Assembly: GCA_035506935.1 (NCBI GenBank)
Contig: DATJOQ010000336.1
Coordinates: 1-32,620, forward strand
DNA from: Candidatus Binataceae bacterium
Lineage (GTDB): Bacteria > Desulfobacterota > Binatia > Binatales > Binataceae
Direction of reading: 5' to 3'
Length of the DNA stretch: 32,620 bases
Notes under the pieces: model-generated
What the model was told of the DNA's origin: nothing
Database searches by the model: none
The model's input: only the letters and a program-made list of their open reading frames with translations
Position numbers and translations under genes: made by a program
Part shown: positions 1 to 6,872 of the stretch, one piece after another
Numbering within the stretch: position 1 is the stretch's first letter
Layout of the letters: each line of letters begins with the position of its first letter

Positions 1-65
1 TCGCATCGCGATCGCGCCTCGCTATTTAAATCGAACCGAAGTGAAGCGCGAATCGAATTTTAACC

Positions 66-437
66 ATGGATAAACCGCGAGCCTTAGGCCTGGTCCGCGA
101 CCTTTTCTTCCGCACCAAGATCGACGCCTCGGCCGAGGCGCTCGGCCTCGATACCGTCTATGCCTCGACGCTCGAGGCTGCGCGCACGCGATGCGCCGAA
201 GGGGCGCCGGCGCTGGTCTTCGCCGATCTTTCCGATCAGAATTTCCCTGGCGCCGAGACCGCGGCCAGCATCCGCGAGCTCGCGCCACACGCCAGGCTGA
301 TCGGGTTCGCTTCGCACGTGGACCTGAAGCCGCTGAAAATTGCGCGCGAGGCCGGCTTCGATCTCGTGCTCTCGCGCCAGGAATTCAGCGCGCGCCTTCC
401 CGAATTGATGAAAACCGACACGGAGAAAACGAACTGA
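66..437 (+). CDS. CheY-like receiver-fold protein, divergent (possible pseudo-receiver)
   Basis: 123-aa ATG ORF with an alternating beta/alpha pattern typical of a (beta-alpha)5 receiver fold. An Asp sits at the expected phospho-site (ALVFADLSD), but the conserved Lys position reads LSRQ. The stop codon lies 1 nt before the start of the next gene. No homology search was done. Confidence 0.5.
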   Translation: MDKPRALGLVRDLFFRTKIDASAEALGLDTVYASTLEAARTRCAEGAPALVFADLSDQNFPGAETAASIRELAPHARLIGFASHVDLKPLKIAREAGFDLVLSRQEFSARLPELMKTDTEKTN

Positions 438-438
438 A

Positions 439-1206
439 ATGAAAGTAAACGAAACCGTCGCGCTGATTACCGGTGGTGGTTCGGGTCTGGGCGAAGCAAC
501 CGCGCGCGAGCTGCTCGCTGGTGGCGGCAAAGTCGCGATCCTCGATCTGCCGTCGTCGCCGGGCGCGAAGCTTGCCGGCGAGCTCGGCGCCAACGCGCTA
601 TTCGTCCCCGCCGACGTGATCTCTGCTCCCGACGTCGAGAAAGCGATCAGCGATGCGGTCGCAAAATTCGGCACCATCAACGTCGCGGTCAATTGCGCCG
701 GTATCGGCCGCGCGCAGCGCACCGTCACCAAGGAAGGCGCCGCCTCGCTCGAGCTCTTCACCAAGGTGATCCAGATCAATCTGATCGGCACCTTCAACGT
801 GATCCGATTGGCCGCGCTGCAGATGTCGAAGAATCAGCCCAACGCTGAGGGCGAACGCGGCGTGATCATCAACACCGCCTCGGTCGCCGCCTTCGACGGC
901 CAAATAGGCCAGGCCGCGTATTCCGCTTCCAAAGGCGGTGTGGTCGGTCTGACGCTGCCGATCGCGCGCGACCTCTCGTCGCTCGGAATCCGCGTGGTCA
1001 CCATCGCGCCCGGCACTTTCGACACCCCGATGCTGTCCTTGCTTCCCGATCCCGCGCGCCAGGCGCTCGCCGACCAGATTCCGTTTCCGCGCCGCCTCGG
1101 ACGTCCGGCCGAATACGCCGCGCTTGCCCGGCACATCGTCGAAAACGCGATGCTCAACGGCGAGACCATCCGCCTCGACGGCGCCCTCCGAATGCCGCCG
1201 CGCTGA
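439..1206 (+). CDS. short-chain dehydrogenase/reductase, 3-hydroxyacyl-CoA dehydrogenase type-2-like
   Basis: Carries the Rossmann motif TGGGSGLG near the N-terminus, NCAG, and the catalytic YSASK (YxxxK). The 255-aa length is typical of classical SDRs. Overall the sequence resembles HSD17B10/FadB2-type enzymes. Confidence 0.88.
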   Translation: MKVNETVALITGGGSGLGEATARELLAGGGKVAILDLPSSPGAKLAGELGANALFVPADVISAPDVEKAISDAVAKFGTINVAVNCAGIGRAQRTVTKEGAASLELFTKVIQINLIGTFNVIRLAALQMSKNQPNAEGERGVIINTASVAAFDGQIGQAAYSASKGGVVGLTLPIARDLSSLGIRVVTIAPGTFDTPMLSLLPDPARQALADQIPFPRRLGRPAEYAALARHIVENAMLNGETIRLDGALRMPPR

Positions 1207-1242
1207 TTTCTTTGATGCGCGCCAGCCAGGCACCGACCCTTG

Positions 1243-1293
1243 TTGTCATTCCGAGCGCAGTCTGCGCAGCGAGGAATCAACCCGGAGCGATTC
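1243..1293 (+). repeat. extragenic repeat family 1, copy A (TTGTCATTCCGAGCG...CTGCGCAGCGAGGAATC...GCGATTC)
   Basis: Shares two identical blocks with 2500-2552: TTGTCATTCCGAGCG and CTGCGCAGCGAGGAATC, plus the GCGATTC end. It lies in the SDR to MetE-like intergenic gap. It contains the palindrome CTGCGCAG and a GAATC/GATTC stem. Confidence 0.8.
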
Positions 1294-1308
1294 TGTGCAA
1301 GGAGTAAT

Positions 1309-2469
1309 ATGAAAAAGAGCGACACCCGAATCCTCACCACTCACGTTGGCAGCCTGCCGCGTAATCCCGCGCTCACCGATTTGCTGATTCAACAGGAGCA
1401 GGGCAAAAAAATCGATCAGGCCGAGCTCGAGCGCCAGTTCGAGCAATCGGTCAAGCACGTAATCTTGAAGCAGCTCGAGGCCGGAGTCGACGTCGGCAAC
1501 GACGGTGAGCAGCCGCGGGTCGGCTTCCAGACCTACGTTCCGCAGCGCGTGCGCGGCTTCGGCGGCGCGACCAAACGCAAGACCCCGCGCGATCTCGCCG
1601 ACTTCCCCGACTTCGCCAGGATCATGGAAGCGCGCCAGATGATGCGCGCCAAGGTCTTCAACGCTCCCCAGTGCGTCGCCGAGCTGAAATACGAGGACTT
1701 AAGCGCCGCGCGCAAGGAATCCGATCTGTTCCTGCGATGCCTCAAAGAAAGCCCGCGCCAGTTCACCGAGCCGTTCATGACCGCCGCCTCGCCCGGCATC
1801 ATCGCCACCACGATGCATAACGCGTTCTACGACTCGCACGAGCGTTACGTGTTCGCGATCGCCGAGCAGATGCGCAAGGAATACGAGCATATCCACGCCC
1901 AGGGCCTGATCCTGCAGCTGGACGCCCCCGACCTCGCGATGGAGCGGCCGTGGCATTTCCAGGAGATGTCGATCGCGCAGTTTCAAAAGGTGGTCGAGAC
2001 CCATATCGAAGCGATCAATCGCGGCGTTAAGAATATTCCCGCCGATCGCGTGCGGCTCCACGTATGCTGGGGCAATTACGACGGCCCGCACAATCACGAC
2101 GTCGCGCTCGCCGACATCGTTCAGATTCTCTACCAGGCCAAGGTCGGGGCGCTCTCGATCGAGCTCGCCAATCCGCGCCATCAGCACGAGCACAAGGTGT
2201 TCAGAAAGTTTCCGCTGCCGGATTCGATGCTGCTGATTCCCGGCGTGATTGATTCCACCACCAACTACATCGAGCATCCCGAAGTGGTGTCGGATCGAAT
2301 CTGTCAGGCCGCCGACGCCATCGGCGATCGCACCCGCATCATCGCCGGCGCCGATTGTGGCTTCGGCACGTTCGCGGGATGGGAGATGGTGCCGGAAAGC
2401 GTGACCTGGGCCAAGTTCAAGAGCTTGAGTGAAGGCGCCGCCCTCGCCACCAAACGCTTGTGGAGTTGA
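1309..2469 (+). CDS. MetE-like protein (cobalamin-independent methionine synthase catalytic-domain family)
   Basis: ATG at 1309 is preceded by AAGGAG at 1299-1304. The upstream part of the tracked ORF (from 1240) runs through a repeat element, so it is not counted as coding. Zinc-ligand-like motifs are present: LHVCWGNY (His-x-Cys) and GADCGFG. The roughly 386-aa length fits the stand-alone Meth_synt_2 family. Confidence 0.8.
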   Translation: MKKSDTRILTTHVGSLPRNPALTDLLIQQEQGKKIDQAELERQFEQSVKHVILKQLEAGVDVGNDGEQPRVGFQTYVPQRVRGFGGATKRKTPRDLADFPDFARIMEARQMMRAKVFNAPQCVAELKYEDLSAARKESDLFLRCLKESPRQFTEPFMTAASPGIIATTMHNAFYDSHERYVFAIAEQMRKEYEHIHAQGLILQLDAPDLAMERPWHFQEMSIAQFQKVVETHIEAINRGVKNIPADRVRLHVCWGNYDGPHNHDVALADIVQILYQAKVGALSIELANPRHQHEHKVFRKFPLPDSMLLIPGVIDSTTNYIEHPEVVSDRICQAADAIGDRTRIIAGADCGFGTFAGWEMVPESVTWAKFKSLSEGAALATKRLWS

Positions 2470-2499
2470 TTCGCGCGCGAGGATCGGTGCCGCCCCTCT

Positions 2500-2552
2500 T
2501 TGTCATTCCGAGCGAAGGCTCTGCGCAGCGAGGAATCTCCGCGAAGCGATTC
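2500..2552 (+). repeat. extragenic repeat family 1, copy B
   Basis: Same blocks as copy A, in the same orientation, starting 31 nt after the MetE-like stop codon. By my alignment it matches copy C1 (27841-27893) at 46 of 53 positions. Confidence 0.8.
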
Positions 2553-2560
2553 GGTTTTTT
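2533..2560 (+). terminator. possible intrinsic terminator formed by the repeat hairpin plus T-run
   Basis: GAATC (2533-2537) pairs with GATTC (2548-2552), followed by GG and TTTTTT (2555-2560). It lies downstream of the MetE-like gene. The stem is short and interrupted. Confidence 0.35.
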
Positions 2561-2574
2561 CTCTGAACTTTTAT

Positions 2575-2610
2575 CCCCTCTCCTTGTCCAAGGAGAGGGT
2601 GAGGGAGAGG
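2575..2610. repeat. extragenic repeat family 2 (CCCCTCTCC...GGAGAGGGTGAGGGAGAGG palindromic unit)
   Basis: CCCCTCTCC TTGTCCAA GGAGAGGG forms a hairpin and is followed by TGAGGGAGAGG. Related units occur at 27996-28037 and as the hairpin at 5235-5259. Confidence 0.7.
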
Positions 2611-2699
2611 TTTGTCCGAAAGTCCGCGGCACTCTCTCCACCTCGCGCGATGCGCTCGCCGCCTCTCCCTGACGAGAGCGCTGTCGTCCTTGTTCTCCC

Positions 2700-3935
2700 T
2701 CACTCCTTCGACGCGCTCTTCACCCACGTCGGCATCATCGTGTTCGACGGCAGCTTCTCATCCACCACCTTCCTCGACGCTTCGATCCCCGCCACCGGCA
2801 GCCCCTTCGGATCGAGCACCCCGATCTGCACCAGCGCCGTCGCCTGGTCCCAGTAGATGTGCTCGTTGCACAGCTTGTCGCCGCGGAACTTCACCACCGC
2901 GATCGTCGGAATCTCGAGGTACTTGCCGGTCGGCGCGATTCCCGGCAGCAGAAAATCAATCTCGCGATCGTGCGTGCAGCAGAACATGATCTCGTCGATC
3001 ACGCGGTCCGCTCCCACCGTCCGCGAGATCGGCACGATCTTCGTATCCTTCGGCAAACTTGGGATGAAGTGATTTTTGTAGAACCGATACAACTCCTTGT
3101 ACCCGACCCCGCCCGTCATCGTCGGCACATGATTCACGTACGGCTCCGCCACCATCGTTTTCATCGTCTGGTCGACGTCGCGCACGACGAACTCGTACTC
3201 GCAATGCTTTTCCCATAGCGCATCGAGATCGTAGCGCGGGCCGAGCGCGCGGTGCAGCACCGCGAGCGAGCGCGAATGCGCCAGCGACGCCGCCGACGGA
3301 TTGTAGCTCGCGCGATTGTCGTTATTGAACGCGTGGTCCGCTCCGGGATAGACGTAGATCTCAGCTTCGTCATGGCCCGCAAAGGCTTTGCGAATCGCCT
3401 CGCGTACCGGCGGCGGCGTGTAGCTGTCCTCGGCCGCAAGATGCAGCACGATCGGGCACTCGATCTTCGCCGCGTCTTCCAGGTTGGCTTCGATCCGCAC
3501 GCCGTAATAGCTGACCGCCGCGTCGATACCGCTGCGCGCCGCCGCCAGGTAGGCGAGTTTGCCGCCCAGGCAAAATCCCAGCGCGCCGACCTTGCCGTTG
3601 CACTCCGGCATCGCGCGCAACGCCTTCACCGTATCGGTGATATCCTTCACCGCCTGGTCGGCGTCGAATTTCTGAAAATACGCGCGCGCCTTTTGCGTTT
3701 CCTCGGGCGTGTAGCGCAGCTCGATATTCGGCTCGATCCGCCAGAAAATATCCGGCGCCAGCACCACGTAACCTTCCTCGGCGTAAAGCTCGGCGATCGC
3801 GCGGATGTGAAAGTTGACGCCAAAAATTTCCTGCAGCAGCACCAGCCCCGGCCCGCTGCCACTTGGCGGAATCGCCAGGTAGCCCGTAAACTTGCCGCCA
3901 TCGGCAGCCGTGATCGGAACCATTTTTCCGGCCAT
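2700..3935 (-). CDS. dienelactone hydrolase family protein fused to a C-terminal SnoaL/NTF2-like domain
   Basis: The start is placed at MAGKMVPIT (ATG at 3935), with GGGAGGAAA just upstream. The N-terminal half has the DLH nucleophile motif GFCLGG and the His motif GADHAF. The C-terminal ~170 aa (DLDALWEKHCEYEF...HIYWDQ) looks like an NTF2/SnoaL-type fold. Confidence 0.82.
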   Translation of the reverse strand: MAGKMVPITAADGGKFTGYLAIPPSGSGPGLVLLQEIFGVNFHIRAIAELYAEEGYVVLAPDIFWRIEPNIELRYTPEETQKARAYFQKFDADQAVKDITDTVKALRAMPECNGKVGALGFCLGGKLAYLAAARSGIDAAVSYYGVRIEANLEDAAKIECPIVLHLAAEDSYTPPPVREAIRKAFAGHDEAEIYVYPGADHAFNNDNRASYNPSAASLAHSRSLAVLHRALGPRYDLDALWEKHCEYEFVVRDVDQTMKTMVAEPYVNHVPTMTGGVGYKELYRFYKNHFIPSLPKDTKIVPISRTVGADRVIDEIMFCCTHDREIDFLLPGIAPTGKYLEIPTIAVVKFRGDKLCNEHIYWDQATALVQIGVLDPKGLPVAGIEASRKVVDEKLPSNTMMPTWVKSASKE

Positions 3936-4114
3936 CGTAGTTTCCTCCCGAACGAAACTGATCAGCGCTGAAGTTACGCCCGCAAGGCGAATCGTTTCAA
4001 TCGCAGTTGAAATCCTGTGCCCGATTGCAACCCGAATTGTCACACATTTTGATTCCGGTCGTATCCACGCTTGCGGTAAGAATAAATCTAACAATTGCGT
4101 GGAGGATGAAGCGG

Positions 4115-5221
4115 ATGATCGTCGGTGTGCCCACCGAAATTAAAGCGTACGAAAATCGCGTCGCGCTGACTCCGGCTGGAGTCGCCGCCTTCTGCAGCCA
4201 CGACCACGTCGTGATAATTCAGCGCGGCGCAGGCCTCGGCAGCAATATCACCGATCAGGATTACCGCGAGGCCGGCGCGCGTATCGCAGATTCCGCCGCC
4301 GCCGTATGGAAGCGTGCCGAGTTGATCTTGAAGGTCAAGGAGCCGCAGCCCTCCGAGATTAAATTCATGCGCCCCGGCAAGATCCTCTTCACCTATCTGC
4401 ATCTGGCCGCGAGCAAGACGCTCGCGCACCAGATGCTTCAGCGCGGCGTCACCGGCCTCGGCTACGAAACCATCCAGCTCAAGGACGGCAGCCTGCCGCT
4501 GCTCGCCCCGATGAGCGAAGTTGCCGGCCGCCTCGCGATTCAGGCCGGCGCCTGGTGCCTGCAGGCGCAAAGCGGCGGCCGCGGCGTTTTGCTGAGCGGC
4601 GCCTCCGGCGTGCGCCCGGGCAAAGTGATGATCCTCGGCGCAGGTATCGCCGGCGCCAACGCATGCCAGATAGCCGTCGGCGTCGGCGCCGACGTCACCG
4701 TGCTCGACGTCGACGCCTCGCGCCTGCGTTATCTCCACGATATTCTCGGCGGCCACGTCACCACCCTGATGTCGAATCATGCGCTGATCGAGGAGGAGCT
4801 CGAAATTTCCGATCTCGTGATCGGCGCCGTGCTGGTCGCCGGCGCGCGCGCCCCCCGCCTGATAACGGCCCCGATGGTCAAGAAGATGAAACCCGGCTCC
4901 GCGCTGGTCGATCTTTCGATCGATCAGGGCGGGGTCTCCGAGACTTCGCGTCCCACCACCCACGCCAAGCCCACCTATATCCGTGAAGGCGTGGTGCACT
5001 ACTGCGTCACCAACATGCCCGGCGCGGTGCCGCACACCTCGACCTACGCGCTCACCAACGCGACGCTCTCCTATGCGCTCGACATCGCCGATCGCGGCGT
5101 GCTCGAGGCTGGCGAGCACAATCCCGCGATCCGCCACGGCCTCAACACCTATAAGGGAGGTATCGCCCATCCCGCGGTCGCCGACGCGCTCAAGCTGCGC
5201 CCCAACTCGCCCTGGGATTAG
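4115..5221 (+). CDS. ald: alanine dehydrogenase
   Basis: The N-terminus MIVGVPTEIKAYENRVALTP is canonical for Ald. The NAD-binding motif VMILGAGIAGANA is present. GGAGGA at 4101-4106 precedes the ATG at 4115. The length is about 368 aa. Confidence 0.93.
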   Translation: MIVGVPTEIKAYENRVALTPAGVAAFCSHDHVVIIQRGAGLGSNITDQDYREAGARIADSAAAVWKRAELILKVKEPQPSEIKFMRPGKILFTYLHLAASKTLAHQMLQRGVTGLGYETIQLKDGSLPLLAPMSEVAGRLAIQAGAWCLQAQSGGRGVLLSGASGVRPGKVMILGAGIAGANACQIAVGVGADVTVLDVDASRLRYLHDILGGHVTTLMSNHALIEEELEISDLVIGAVLVAGARAPRLITAPMVKKMKPGSALVDLSIDQGGVSETSRPTTHAKPTYIREGVVHYCVTNMPGAVPHTSTYALTNATLSYALDIADRGVLEAGEHNPAIRHGLNTYKGGIAHPAVADALKLRPNSPWD

Positions 5222-5234
5222 CTCACGGAACTAT

Positions 5235-5259
5235 GCCCCTCTCCGCTTGGGAGAGGGGC
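5235..5259. terminator. 10-bp GC-rich hairpin after ald (family-2-like unit)
   Basis: GCCCCTCTCC (5235-5244) pairs perfectly with GGAGAGGGGC (5250-5259) around a 5-nt loop. It starts 14 nt after the ald stop and lies between convergent genes. No clear T-run follows. Confidence 0.5.
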
Positions 5260-5335
5260 ATCCAAAGATTTACCGATTCGCGAGACGGGGGCGAAGACCG
5301 TGGTCAAACGCCCCCATCATCTTGATTGTTGGCGG

Positions 5336-6016
5336 TTACGGGTTGGGCCCTCCGGTCAACTGCCCGCTAACCGACAAACCAGTGACAACGTGGCTGTCTG
5401 GATATCCGCCATCTTTCCAGCCGTTCGGGTTGCTGCCGATGTTGGTGCCGCCAGTGGTTAAATAGGTGTAGTTGCTGATGAGTACCCCTCCCGAGGTTGC
5501 CGGCCCGTAGGGATAAAAGTTGAAGGGGAGCACATCGCCCTGCTCGTAAACCCCGCCCACCGGCAGGCCATTGGGGCCGATGCACTTATCGCCCTTACCA
5601 TTGTTGTATTGATACGTGACCGTCAGCATCGCCGGCGAGTTGCCTGCAGCGGGCGTGTAAAACAGATCGCCGGGTTGATTGAGGTAACAAATTAATTCGT
5701 TGGTATCGTTCTGCGCCTGTGTTGAATTGTCGTCCTCACCCCCGAGATTGAGCGTAAGATTCACGGCGGTATTCTTGCCGTTCACGAAGCTTGCCGATCC
5801 CGCCATCGTGAAATGAAGTACCTCGGTCGTGCCTTGCCCAAAAAGTGGGTAAGAGGTGCAGGATACGTCTGAGCTCTGACAAGTAAAGAAATAGGCGGTG
5901 CCGCTCGCTTGCACCACGTAGTTGCCGCCCAAACCCGCTGCCCGCGCCGCTCCACAATACGTCAGGACAGTAAACAAGCCGCCGCTGATCGCCAACATCA
6001 GCACTTTCTTAAACAT
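5336..6016 (-). CDS. secreted hypothetical protein, Gly/Thr/Asn/Tyr-rich
   Basis: ATG at 6016 has GGAG about 9 nt upstream. The N-terminal signal-peptide-like segment is MFKKVLMLAISGGLFTVLTYCGAARA. The mature part has 4 Cys and no motif I recognise. The DNA is visibly less GC-rich than its flanks. Confidence 0.6.
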   Translation of the reverse strand: MFKKVLMLAISGGLFTVLTYCGAARAAGLGGNYVVQASGTAYFFTCQSSDVSCTSYPLFGQGTTEVLHFTMAGSASFVNGKNTAVNLTLNLGGEDDNSTQAQNDTNELICYLNQPGDLFYTPAAGNSPAMLTVTYQYNNGKGDKCIGPNGLPVGGVYEQGDVLPFNFYPYGPATSGGVLISNYTYLTTGGTNIGSNPNGWKDGGYPDSHVVTGLSVSGQLTGGPNP

Positions 6017-6129
6017 CAAATGACACTCCTTTGCGGTTCCGTATTAGGTCGTATTCGCCTATAACGACTTATTCTTGTCCCGTCTACCACTTTTGATCAC
6101 TGGCGAAACAACGCCCGAAACCGCTGGAT

Positions 6130-6651
6130 TTACTGCTGCGGCGGTGCCTTGGAGGAGCCGCCGGCTTCGCCCGGAGCATGAGCGAGCGGTACCAGTTGCG
6201 CGATATCGCACTGCATCAGCGCATGCATCTTGTTGTCGATCTGGTAAAATCGCGTGGTCTTGATCCCCGAAATCACCGCGCGGAACTTCGGGATGAAGCG
6301 CTTTTGCGTATCCAGCCGCGCCTGCGCGATAGCCATCACCTCGTCCAGCTTGGCCTTCGCCGTCTCGTCGGTCAGGTTGTTGTAGTTCTTGGCGAAATCC
6401 TTGATCTCCCTCACGTGCCGGTCTTCGATCTTGTCCATCGCCGCTTCGTACTGATTGTAAACCGGCCAGAACTTCGATTCCTCTTCGGGAGTCAGGTTCA
6501 TGTTGGACCCAACGATCGCTTTGCGCTGCGCGCGTTCCGCGTCCAGGTCGAGCTGCTTCTGCGATTGTGCCCGCGCGCTCGAGCAGATTCCTGCCAGCCC
6601 GCATATCACCAGCGCCCCAGCGATTAGGCCGATCTTGATTTTCCCGGTCAT
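6130..6651 (-). CDS. periplasmic helical hypothetical protein (signal peptide; LTPEE motif faintly Spy/CpxP-like)
   Basis: The start is placed at MTGKIKIGLIAGALVICGLAGICSSARA, with GGAGG upstream. The remainder is a charged, helix-prone sequence. The overlapping 251-aa ORF in another frame is Arg/Gly-rich and was judged an artefact. Confidence 0.6.
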   Translation of the reverse strand: MTGKIKIGLIAGALVICGLAGICSSARAQSQKQLDLDAERAQRKAIVGSNMNLTPEEESKFWPVYNQYEAAMDKIEDRHVREIKDFAKNYNNLTDETAKAKLDEVMAIAQARLDTQKRFIPKFRAVISGIKTTRFYQIDNKMHALMQCDIAQLVPLAHAPGEAGGSSKAPPQQ

Positions 6652-6872
6652 GTAATCCTCCGTTTCCAAAGTTTGGCGGCGATTTGCCGCCGTTCAATCG
6701 TACTTGTCCAGCAACGATCTCCGCTTTATCGATGGCTATTCGAAAAGAGAAGAACCCATCACCCTGCCGGATGGGCGACGGTAGTGTAGCAGTCCGGGCG
6801 CTTTCCCAAAACACCCAAGAGTGACTAAGACCGCCCTATGTTACCGATTGTGACTGGCCCCGATGCGGGGAT

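Noticed and set aside
84-797. 237-aa minus-strand ORF overlapping the receiver-like and SDR genes
   Set aside because: It is antisense to two genes with clear motifs. Its Arg/Ala/Pro/Ser-rich, low-complexity composition is typical of spurious long ORFs in high-GC DNA.
2460-2989. Several + strand ORFs (70, 118 and 125 aa) running through the repeat units after the MetE-like gene
   Set aside because: They are generated by the extragenic repeats (SFRAKALRSEES-type pseudo-peptides) and then run antisense into the DLH gene. They have no start context or motifs.
4088-5170. 360-aa minus-strand ORF antisense to ald
   Set aside because: It lies fully inside the well-supported ald gene. It has a Gly/Ala/Arg/Asp-rich composition and no recognisable motif, so it is a high-GC artefact.
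6059-6814. 251-aa minus-strand ORF overlapping the periplasmic-protein gene in another frame
   Set aside because: It has an Arg/Gly/Asp-rich composition. The alternative frame (6130-6651) has a signal peptide, a Shine-Dalgarno sequence and a protein-like composition.
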